42,361 nucleotides of DNA, from IMG/VR virus record IMGVR_UViG_3300045988_031209, positions 1 to 42,361 of that record, one strand, 5' to 3'. The DNA is from a virus. The notes under the pieces were generated by a model. It saw only the letters and a program-made list of their open reading frames with translations. It did no database searches and was not told where the DNA came from. Made by a program: the position numbers and the translations under genes. This document shows positions 14,575-21,604 of the stretch, piece after piece; position 1 is the stretch's first letter; every line of letters begins with the position of its first letter.

Positions 14575-14577
14575 CGT

Positions 14578-15021
14578 TTAGCCCTCCTTTTCCGGATCAG
14601 GTGCTTCTTGCTTTTCCAGCGCCGCCAGCTTTGCTGCCAGCGCGTCAAACTCCTTGCGGGTGACATACTCCCCGCCTGCAGCTTGTGCGGCTGCAATCGA
14701 CGCTTTGGGGCCGCTGGTGCGCTCCTTGTAGTCGTAGATGCGGAGTGGGAACGGCCTGCCGTCCTGCCCCACTTCTTTGATGTAGAAGGTATCGGAATCA
14801 GCATCCAGTAAAAGCACCCGGCTCCCGTTTGCGACCAGATAGCCCCGGGCTGCTGCTTCACCCTGTACCCAGATAAAGCCGCTGTCAGTCGGTGCGGCCT
14901 GCCCCTGCATTGTCGGCATCATGACAGGCTGCGGCTGATACTGCGCAGCCCTGAGCTGCTCCAGCTGTCCTTGCGGCTGCTGCGGGTAGTACACTTGCGG
15001 GTATCCGTTATAAATCGGCAT
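14578..15021 (-). CDS. Hypothetical protein (147 aa): P/Q/Y-rich N-terminus, small beta domain, coiled-coil tail
   Basis: ATG 15021 follows AAGGAGG by 6 nt. Translation MPIYNGYPQVYYPQQPQGQ...GFIWVQGEAAARGYLVANGSRVLLLDADSDTFYIKE... Confidence 0.7.
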   Translation of the reverse strand: MPIYNGYPQVYYPQQPQGQLEQLRAAQYQPQPVMMPTMQGQAAPTDSGFIWVQGEAAARGYLVANGSRVLLLDADSDTFYIKEVGQDGRPFPLRIYDYKERTSGPKASIAAAQAAGGEYVTRKEFDALAAKLAALEKQEAPDPEKEG

Positions 15022-15400
15022 CGTTTTCCTCCTTGTACCAGTAGTAGATCGGGCATTCTGCGCCACTGTCCCAGCTGTCCCACCACGCGCCGTCGATCAC
15101 GGTCAGGACGTGGCCGGAGCAGCCCAGCACGTACACGCCGCGCGGGTACTCTCGGGCAAAGTCTTCCACGGTGTAGCAGGTGGTGCAGTCCGCTTCCACC
15201 AACCGGCGCTCGAACCCGCGCTTTTGAAGGTACGCGCCCCATGTGCGGTTGGCGCTGGGCATATCGCCGAGGGCGTAGCCGGTGAGCGCCAGCGCAATAT
15301 ACGCCTGCTCCCAGCTCTGACCGGTGGCTGCAGCTACTGCCCGCACTGCGCAGTCCCCGACGCTGCTCCCGCGCGGGTTCGGGTTAAACCTGTGCCACAT
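15008..15400 (-). CDS. Putative papain-like Cys/His protein (130 aa)
   Basis: Candidate catalytic residues lie in VGDCAVRAV (Cys), GCSGHVLTV (His) and WDSWDS (Asp). ATG follows GGGAGGGGG by 4 nt. Confidence 0.65.
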   Translation of the reverse strand: MWHRFNPNPRGSSVGDCAVRAVAAATGQSWEQAYIALALTGYALGDMPSANRTWGAYLQKRGFERRLVEADCTTCYTVEDFAREYPRGVYVLGCSGHVLTVIDGAWWDSWDSGAECPIYYWYKEENDADL

Positions 15401-15480
15401 GGCACCCCCTCCCTTTGCGCCCAGTGTACCGGTTTAAACCGCCGTGAGAGACAACGAACGCACAACGAAGGACAAAAAAT

Positions 15481-15521
15481 CTTGATTTGACCTTGCTTAG
15501 AGCTTGATTAAAGCTTGATTA
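15481..15521. repeat. CTTGATT motifs: AGCTTGATTA x2 with 11-bp phasing, plus a third CTTGATT
   Basis: Exact 10-mers at 15501-15510 and 15512-15521, and CTTGATT at 15481-15487. They lie 80-120 nt upstream of ATG 15400. Confidence 0.6.
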
Positions 15522-15528
15522 CTGTGAG

Positions 15529-15572
15529 CAAAAAAGAAAAGCGCCCACACGGAAAAATCCGCATGAGCGCTT
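15529..15572 (-). terminator. Intrinsic terminator
   Basis: Minus strand reads AAGCGC...GCGCTT followed by TTCTTTTTT. Confidence 0.5.
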
Positions 15573-15634
15573 AAAGATATAAATATACTTATATAAAATG
15601 ATGCAAAATAGAAAGTTTGAACGTTTTACTTGCA

Positions 15635-15674
15635 AAAAATCAAGAGCGGAACCGCCCACAGGCAATGCCGCTCT
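15635..15674 (-). terminator. Intrinsic terminator after the small membrane ORF
   Basis: Minus strand reads AGAGCGG-18 nt-CCGCTCT followed by TGATTTTTT. Confidence 0.6.
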
Positions 15675-15698
15675 CTACAAAGGCCGTAGCTTTTCAAA

Positions 15699-15866
15699 TC
15701 ATAAATCGTATGGCGTATAATGCAAAGACGCATATACCGATAAAACCACGCCTATAAATGCACTATGCCAAAATGGAAGGACGGTTTTTAGAACGCTTGA
15801 TGTCGCCCCAAAAATAATCAGAGCGAACAAAACACGGGACAAAAAGTGATATATTTTATTTGCCAT
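15699..15866 (-). CDS. Small hydrophobic protein (55 aa, 2 TM segments), not in the ORF track
   Basis: Hand translation: MANKIYHFLSRVLFALIIFGATSSVLKTVLPFWHSAFIGVVLSVYASLHYTPYDL. The region is AT-rich. GGAGA lies 16 nt upstream, which is a weak RBS. Confidence 0.45.
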   Translation of the reverse strand: MANKIYHFLSRVLFALIIFGATSSVLKTVLPFWHSAFIGVVLSVYASLHYTPYDL

Positions 15867-15933
15867 AATTCATATAAAATTGTCTCCTGCATGGTACGCA
15901 CTGCAAGTAGGCGAGCGGGAGGCTGTATCAACT

Positions 15934-16021
15934 AAAAAGACCCGCCATGATACGCATCGTCGAGAGGCTTGACGGGTTCAGATATCCACCCTAATGTGCT
16001 TCTTCGAGAGGCCGGGTGGAT
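15934..16021 (-). promoter_or_regulatory. Structured leader: 8-bp hairpin (15984-16021) followed by a terminator-like hairpin and T-run (15934-15976)
   Basis: ATCCACCC/GGGTGGAT stem, then CCCGTCA...TGGCGGG followed by TCTTTTT. It lies between a promoter-like element and the 55-aa ORF. Confidence 0.45.
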
Positions 16022-16032
16022 TTGTTGATGTT

Positions 16033-16061
16033 ATTATACCACAATCAATCCGTCACGACAA
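16033..16061 (-). promoter_or_regulatory. Promoter-like element TTGTCG-17-TATAAT
   Basis: Minus strand reads TTGTCG tgacggattgattgtgg TATAAT. It overlaps the end of the 47-aa gene. Confidence 0.45.
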
Positions 16062-16188
16062 GAACCAGCGCAGGGCCGTTAACGCTGACCTCTGCGTCCT
16101 GATATGGCTCGACAATGGTCGTTTCCACGCCCTCGCGTTTGCGAAGCTCTGTAATAAGATTTGCGGTCGGAAGATTTTCGATGTTCAC
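16045..16188 (-). CDS. BC1881-like small protein (47 aa), not in the ORF track
   Basis: GTG 16188 follows AAAGGAG by 6 nt and shares a GTGA overlap with the upstream gene. Translation MNIENLPTANLITELRKREGVETTIVEPYQDAEVSVNGPALVLVVTD. Confidence 0.6.
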   Translation of the reverse strand: MNIENLPTANLITELRKREGVETTIVEPYQDAEVSVNGPALVLVVTD

Positions 16189-16593
16189 GGTGAGCTCCTT
16201 TCGTCTAGCTTTTCATCAATAATTTTCAGCCTATTGCCGATTGATGTCCGACAATACGGCACACGCGCTGCAATATCAACTTGACATAGCTGGTCAACGT
16301 ACCGCAACCGGGCGATTTTCCGGTCATACCTCCCAAGCGGCGCACGTTTTATCACAGCTTTTATCTGTTCTGCATTAAGCCCTTGCAACGCTGGCGGAAA
16401 GACTATGCGAGCCGCCGCCACAGGCAGCACCGAGCCAGAAGGGCTGCGGGAGCTGTCCGGCGTTGCGCACCATAGTGCCAAGCACGGCAAACTGGTGACG
16501 TTTTATCACCATTTTCGTGATGCAACGAAAATGCTCTTGTGCGGCGTACATCTCGGTGACGCCACCGGGATGCTTGTATGTAGTGCTTGCCAT
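16185..16593 (-). pseudogene. ArpU / sigma-70 region-4-like regulator, apparently split across two frames (16375..16593 and 16185..16490)
   Basis: The C-terminal frame carries IKAVIKRAPLGRYDRKIARLRYVDQLCQVDIAARVPYCRTSIGNRLKIIDEKL. The span is 409 nt, not a multiple of 3. There is no RBS-supported start in the downstream frame. Confidence 0.4.
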
Positions 16594-16603
16594 GATATCC
16601 TCC

Positions 16604-16828
16604 TTACTGCGTTATTTTCTCAGCGTTCGCCTTGTCCTCAGCGTCCAGCGCATCGTAGTACGCCTGCGCAAGGGCTTCCACCTCTGCGATGTCGTCCTCT
16701 GTCAGCAGGCCGCTGTCCAGATGGGTGTACGCCTTGTCCAGCCAGTATGCCACATCACGTCCAGCGGCGATCTCCCGCTTGATGGAGCGCAGGGTCAGGT
16801 CATGCCGTGCTTTACTTTTGATAGCCAT
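16604..16828 (-). CDS. Hypothetical protein (74 aa), XkdX-like position after the tail fiber
   Basis: ATG follows AAGGAGG by 5 nt. Confidence 0.7.
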   Translation of the reverse strand: MAIKSKARHDLTLRSIKREIAAGRDVAYWLDKAYTHLDSGLLTEDDIAEVEALAQAYYDALDAEDKANAEKITQ

Positions 16829-16838
16829 GTGTACCTCC

Positions 16839-18623
16839 TTAGGTCATGGACGCTACTGCGTCCTCCAGCTTTTTGATTGCGATGTTCACGTCCCTCTGAT
16901 ACCCCAGCTTGATGCCAGCACCATCACTGGCCTGCACCACCGTGTCAGGGCCGTAAGCTGTGAGGGCTTTGTAGGCGCCAATTTCGGCAGGGGTGAGCGG
17001 GGTTTCAACGGGGGTGGCAAGGATTGCGTTTTGTTCGGCGAGCGTTTTTGTGTTGTCAAAAGAGGTTTTATCAATCCTCTGCACCTTCACCCCTCTCTCC
17101 AAGTCCAACTCGTCGCACACCCACTGCTGGCCCTGCGGGTCAGTGTAGTTGCCGCCAGAGGTGACAGGGATGCCGGGTAGGCCAGTGGGAGTGGGCAGCG
17201 TGAGGAGCTGTTCGCGGTAGGGTTCGTATACGGTGGCTTCTGTTCCAATTTCTAGCTGGATTTTTGCGTCGTTTAATTTAATTAGTATAGTCGGCAAATA
17301 ATCATTAGCTATATATATAACATACCATCCACTTTGCAATGTTGCTGCATATGTGCCACCTCTTTCCGATATGAGTTGTGCTTTCTGTGTATATGTTTGT
17401 GTTTTTATATCAAAATCTCCAACAAAGCAGTTCGTGCCAATATCGGCATTTCCAGATGCAGTAACACTGCTCTTCACCGGAACGTAAAATACATACCCAT
17501 ATCGCACGCCACCAGTTGGCTTATTAATCTTTGACAGATCGGCATTCGTAACCACTGGAAACAGATTCTTCCCCGTCACCTTCACCGTCAAACTCCCGCC
17601 GTCGCCAGCGCTCACGATAGGCACAGGTGCATCCGGTGTGGGGGTCCCGGACTGCGTGCTCTTGCCGTACACGGTCAGGCCGCACAGGGGCGCAGAAAAG
17701 GCATCGTCAACGGCTATAGGGTTGCCTGTCTCAGTGCCCACAAGGATGTTCTGCCGCGCTTTGACTGCGCTGATAGCGTCACCTGTGGCTTTTGCGTCAG
17801 CGGCTTCGCCCTCGTGGGTGAGGGTGGTGTCCAGTGCTACGGCAGGGCCGGTCTCGCCTTTAGGGCCTTGTGGGCCGGTATCACCCTTTTCGCCCTGAGG
17901 ACCCTGCTTGCCCTGAGGGCCTGTTTCACCCTGTGGGCCGGTGGCACCCGTAGCGCCTGTGGGGCCCTGAGGGCCTGTTTCACCCTGTGGGCCGGTCGGA
18001 CCGATGGGGCCTTGAGGGCCTTGCTCACCTTTGAAGTTTCCGCTTGCAATGCCGTCCTTCAGCTCCTGCAAGCTGTCAGCGGCCTCACCGGCGGCGGTCT
18101 GTGCGTCCTCTTTGGCGGTGGTGGTGTCAGAGAGGGCCTGTCCGGCCTTTTTGGCAGATGCCCAAGCCTGCTGCGCTGCAGTCTGCGCATCGGTCTTGGC
18201 TTGCTCTGCGGCGGTGGCATCGGTGTGCACGGCATCCACCAGCTGCTGCCAGGCAGGTGTGCCAGGCTCCGGCGTGGTGCCATCCTCTGTGCCGGAGTTA
18301 GCACTCACACGGTAATGTAGGTCTGCGCTGGTGACGGTCTTTGTGCCATCACTACCCTCAAAGGTGATGCAGCCATTGCCCGGCTGTGCGGTCACGCTGG
18401 CAGGCACATCCACATAGCCGTCCACCACCAGCGAGGAGGGCGGGTCTTTGCCGTCCGGCACGTGCCAGAAAGCCCGGATGGTCAGGCCCTCCCACTCGCC
18501 GGAAGCGGTGACGGCAAGGCGGTACACGCCCCGGTTTTTGGTGTAGCCAAAGCGCACCATCTGCTCATAGCCGGGCACTTTGATAACGCCATTGGATGCG
18601 AGAGATACGCTTTGCTCGATCAT
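16839..18623 (-). CDS. Tail fiber / baseplate upper protein-like, with collagen-like G-X-Y repeats (594 aa)
   Basis: Central [62 protein letters not shown]. The N-terminus looks BppU-like. ATG follows AAGGGG by 7 nt. Confidence 0.85.
   Translation of the reverse strand: MIEQSVSLASNGVIKVPGYEQMVRFGYTKNRGVYRLAVTASGEWEGLTIRAFWHVPDGKDPPSSLVVDGYVDVPASVTAQPGNGCITFEGSDGTKTVTSADLHYRVSANSGTEDGTTPEPGTPAWQQLVDAVHTDATAAEQAKTDAQTAAQQAWASAKKAGQALSDTTTAKEDAQTAAGEAADSLQELKDGIASGNFKGEQGPQGPIGPTGPQGETGPQGPTGATGATGPQGETGPQGKQGPQGEKGDTGPQGPKGETGPAVALDTTLTHEGEAADAKATGDAISAVKARQNILVGTETGNPIAVDDAFSAPLCGLTVYGKSTQSGTPTPDAPVPIVSAGDGGSLTVKVTGKNLFPVVTNADLSKINKPTGGVRYGYVFYVPVKSSVTASGNADIGTNCFVGDFDIKTQTYTQKAQLISERGGTYAATLQSGWYVIYIANDYLPTILIKLNDAKIQLEIGTEATVYEPYREQLLTLPTPTGLPGIPVTSGGNYTDPQGQQWVCDELDLERGVKVQRIDKTSFDNTKTLAEQNAILATPVETPLTPAEIGAYKALTAYGPDTVVQASDGAGIKLGYQRDVNIAIKKLEDAVASMT
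17911..17996 (-). repeat. 32-bp exact direct repeat spaced 54 bp apart within the collagen-like region
   Basis: ccctgagggcctgtttcaccctgtgggccggt occurs at 17911-17942 and 17965-17996. It encodes [11 protein letters not shown] twice. Confidence 0.85.
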
Positions 18624-18627
18624 AAAT

Positions 18628-18966
18628 TTACCCCTTGTTGATGGTAGGCTTCTTTTCTGCCAGTGCCTTTTTCATCATGCTGACGGCCTTTTCAATCACG
18701 CTGTCCAGCACTTCATCCGTGATGAAAGGCTTCAGCCAGTCCGGAAGTGCGCCGCGCAGCGCGGCAAAGACCTGTGCCTTTTTCTTTGCACCCTGACCGC
18801 TGCCCATGATGCTATCCTCGGCGATGGTCACGAGTTCAAGCGCCCACTGCTTGACGTACTGCTTGTAGCCCAGCCGGATGGCACCAACGGCCAGCGCGGC
18901 AAAGCCGATGAACATCAGTACCAGTGCGATGGGTGCGGGGATAAAGTTAAAAAACATTGCTTCCAT
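18628..18966 (-). CDS. Holin, LL-H family-like
   Basis: N-terminal [25 protein letters not shown], then [16 protein letters not shown]...[10 protein letters not shown], typical of LL-H holins. Confidence 0.75.
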   Translation of the reverse strand: MEAMFFNFIPAPIALVLMFIGFAALAVGAIRLGYKQYVKQWALELVTIAEDSIMGSGQGAKKKAQVFAALRGALPDWLKPFITDEVLDSVIEKAVSMMKKALAEKKPTINKG

Positions 18967-19339
18967 GATTCGTTACTCCTTTCAGTAGGTAGTTGTTAAT
19001 ATCGGATTTACTTTTTTGCATACCTTCGCGGTTATTTCCGGAAAGTTGCGCATCCAGAAGGTTCTGCACGCCAACAAGGACGAGACGCATTTCTTCATCG
19101 ATTCCGTCAAAGCGCGTCAAGTCGCGTCTAAGGGCCGCGGTGTGCTGCGTGGAAACGGTTTCTACCGCAGCCAGTCGCTTTTCAATGGTGTCAATGCGCT
19201 TGTTCTGCGCATCGTCGGGGGCCTGCGCCTTTTTGATGTACTTATGAATGATTTCCAACACCTTGTCGATGGTGATGGCCGCAGCGCACAGGCTGCCCAG
19301 GATGCCAAGCACCCAAAGCAAAGCTTCTTTTTCAGTCAT
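18947..19339 (-). CDS. Membrane-anchored coiled-coil protein (130 aa), lysis-associated by position
   Basis: N-terminal TM ALLWVLGILGSLCAAAITI. ATGA overlap with the endolysin stop. Confidence 0.65.
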   Translation of the reverse strand: MTEKEALLWVLGILGSLCAAAITIDKVLEIIHKYIKKAQAPDDAQNKRIDTIEKRLAAVETVSTQHTAALRRDLTRFDGIDEEMRLVLVGVQNLLDAQLSGNNREGMQKSKSDINNYLLKGVTNHGSNVF

Positions 19340-20118
19340 TTACCCTCCCGGAGACGGGTCAGACCCTTCTTGCGGATGATACGGGGGTAGTTGAGGGTGG
19401 TCACATTGAGGTCTACGTTGCCGCTGATGCCCGGCACAGCGCCCTTGCTGGTGTGCTGGTGTGCGTTGTAGTTAAACGTCACGTTGGGCGTTTTGCCGGT
19501 GTAGTCGGCAAGCCACACGTCCCACCGGGAGGACAGCCTAGCCATATCCAGTTCGTATTTGTAACCGGTGTAGGTGTAGAGTTGGGCATAAAAGCCCATC
19601 CGCTCCACCTGTTCCAGCGCGTAAGCGGTAAGGTTGGACAGGTCATGCGTGGACAGCTGCTTGAGCTTGTTTTCCTCCACGTCCACCGCCACCGGAAGGG
19701 TCAGCTCCTTGCCGTAGACCGCCTGCCGCACAAGGGCAAGCTCTGCATCGGCCATTGCTTCGTTGGTGGCGTAGGTATAGTAGTAGACACCCACGTCCAG
19801 ACCCGCCGCTTTGGCGTTGCGATAATTGTCCTCAAAGGTGGGGTCGATGTACAGACCGTCCGCCTGCTTGGAGAGCTTGTGGTTGGTGCTCACGGTCTTG
19901 AGCATCGCCCCCTTGTAACCCGCCGCTGCCACCTGCGCCCAGTCGATCGCACCCTGATACCGGCTCACGTCAATGTACCGGTATGGCGGGTCGCCCTTCC
20001 ATCCGGTGACGGTTTCCTCAATGGGAGTCTCTCTGGGCGTTTCCGGCGCAGGGCTTTCGCCGTCCCTGCCAAAGAGCACCTTCACCAGCCACGCCAGAAA
20101 TTCCAAAAGTTTTTCCAT
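19336..20118 (-). CDS. Endolysin, glycoside hydrolase family 25 muramidase
   Basis: YIDVSRYQGAIDWAQVAAAGYKGAMLK...AGLDVGVYYYTYA. There is a hydrophobic N-terminal segment LLEFLAWLVKVLFG. Confidence 0.85.
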   Translation of the reverse strand: MEKLLEFLAWLVKVLFGRDGESPAPETPRETPIEETVTGWKGDPPYRYIDVSRYQGAIDWAQVAAAGYKGAMLKTVSTNHKLSKQADGLYIDPTFEDNYRNAKAAGLDVGVYYYTYATNEAMADAELALVRQAVYGKELTLPVAVDVEENKLKQLSTHDLSNLTAYALEQVERMGFYAQLYTYTGYKYELDMARLSSRWDVWLADYTGKTPNVTFNYNAHQHTSKGAVPGISGNVDLNVTTLNYPRIIRKKGLTRLREGK

Positions 20119-20121
20119 CGC

Positions 20122-20274
20122 TTACTCCTCCTGCACGATCTCCTCAAACCCGCTCTTGATGAGCAGCGCCTTGACCTTCTCCTTCAGCAGGCGGGGGCAG
20201 CGCCCATACAGCGCCTTTGCCTCCTCGACAGTCTCAGCAGACATGATTTCCTGTGCCCACAACATTGCCATCAT
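20122..20274 (-). CDS. XkdX-like small protein (50 aa)
   Basis: ATG 20274 follows GAAAGGA by 8 nt. The longer track ORF starts at a TTG without an RBS. Confidence 0.55.
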   Translation of the reverse strand: MMAMLWAQEIMSAETVEEAKALYGRCPRLLKEKVKALLIKSGFEEIVQEE

Positions 20275-20305
20275 AAATACCATCCTTTCGATTCTTTGTG
20301 TGATT

Positions 20306-20698
20306 TTATGCATAAACAATCTCGCTCATTTCAAGCAAGCACTGTTTCAACATCTCGTTTTCTTTTTGCAATGCTGCCACCGTGTCCGGCAGCTTCTTCC
20401 AGGCTTCGGCCTTTTTGCGCTCTTCTTCCTGCGCGGCCAGCTCTTCGGCGGTGTAGCGGATGTACTTCTGGATGGGCACCTGTTCCACCCATTCCTCCTG
20501 CGCTTGTACGCCGGGGCGGTCAACGATCTTCTGCACGTCCTTGCCACCGTTCGGATACTCGGTCACGGTCTCCCAGTGCCACTGCTCCTCCACGCCCTCT
20601 ACGGCGGGGTGGGTGACTTCTTCGGTGCCGCCCACCAGATACCCAAGCGTCAGGTCAGGGGTCTCAATGGCTGCGCCGTTCTCGTCAATGATTTTCAT
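20306..20698 (-). CDS. Hypothetical protein (130 aa), XkdW-like position
   Basis: ATG follows AAAGGAGG by 9 nt. Confidence 0.7.
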   Translation of the reverse strand: MKIIDENGAAIETPDLTLGYLVGGTEEVTHPAVEGVEEQWHWETVTEYPNGGKDVQKIVDRPGVQAQEEWVEQVPIQKYIRYTAEELAAQEEERKKAEAWKKLPDTVAALQKENEMLKQCLLEMSEIVYA

Positions 20699-20716
20699 AA
20701 GTCAAAGCCTCCTTTC

Positions 20717-21586
20717 TCAGGCCACGCGCCGCCAGATGTGCACATAGTAGGCGGCGGGCTGCACGGTGTTACTGCGACCGTAGATAGGATTCGAGCGAGA
20801 AGCATCAAAAGAAATATCATATGCCGACCCTTCATATCCAGCAAATCCACAATAAGGAGAGCTAGCCTCTGTAACTGCCAAAGCACCTATTGACGATATG
20901 GCGTTTTTATTACCGCGAAATGGTGTTGTTTTACCGTCATTTGAGGTTTCGCTTAAACTACCTGCAATGTTCGGCAGACCAGCTTCAGCGGTTGTACCCG
21001 CCGCGTGGCTTCTGCTGGCACCCATCAGCACGCGGTCGGACGCGATCTGCTCCCATGTTCCGCCAAACAGGGCGGCAGGGCTGGTGGGGTCTTCCGAAAC
21101 CCAAAATTTGATTTTCGCGTGGTCTTCTGCCAGAGCATCTGCAATCAAGGTCTTTACAGCGTCTGCGCTTATCACGCCTTTCATCGCTTCGCCAACAGCC
21201 TTTGCGTCAGCCGGAGCGCCCTCAACAGATAGCGTCTTGTCGGTGCTCACGATGGCCGCAGCCCTGTCCGCTTCAGCTTTGGCAGAAGCGGCAGAGCTTC
21301 CCGCGCTCTTTGCGTCTGCGGACGCTGACTGTGCGCTTTGGGATGCGTCGGCGGCGGAGGTCCGGGCGGCGCTTTCGCTCCCTTCGGCTGCTGCGGCTTT
21401 TTCCGTCGCGGTGCTGGCCGCTCCGGCAGCGGTCTGAGCGGCTTGCAAAGTAGCCTGCTGCTGGCCTGTCACTTCCTCGGCGTACTGCTTGACGTACTCC
21501 ATGCCCTGTGCGATGTCCTCACGGACTTCCACGCCGCGCTCAGCCTTACGGATTCCCGCAATGGCTTCATCAAAAGTTTTATCCAT
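20717..21586 (-). CDS. Tail fiber protein with Ala-rich stalk and tail-collar-like C-terminus
   Basis: C-terminal FGGTWEQIASDRVLMGA...GLPNIAG...NPIYGRSNTVQPAAYYVHIWRRVA. Confidence 0.75.
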   Translation of the reverse strand: MDKTFDEAIAGIRKAERGVEVREDIAQGMEYVKQYAEEVTGQQQATLQAAQTAAGAASTATEKAAAAEGSESAARTSAADASQSAQSASADAKSAGSSAASAKAEADRAAAIVSTDKTLSVEGAPADAKAVGEAMKGVISADAVKTLIADALAEDHAKIKFWVSEDPTSPAALFGGTWEQIASDRVLMGASRSHAAGTTAEAGLPNIAGSLSETSNDGKTTPFRGNKNAISSIGALAVTEASSPYCGFAGYEGSAYDISFDASRSNPIYGRSNTVQPAAYYVHIWRRVA

Positions 21587-21604
21587 AAAACACCTCCTGT
21601 CTCA

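Noticed and set aside
19336-20118. SAR (signal-anchor-release) endolysin
   Set aside because: The N-terminal LLEFLAWLVKVLFG segment is short and only moderately hydrophobic. A dedicated holin is present. I cannot support the SAR call from sequence alone.
16839-21586. Diversity-generating retroelement acting on the fibre genes
   Set aside because: There is no reverse transcriptase gene and no template/variable repeat pair. The Ala-rich stalk regions of the two fibres are compositionally similar but not repeats.
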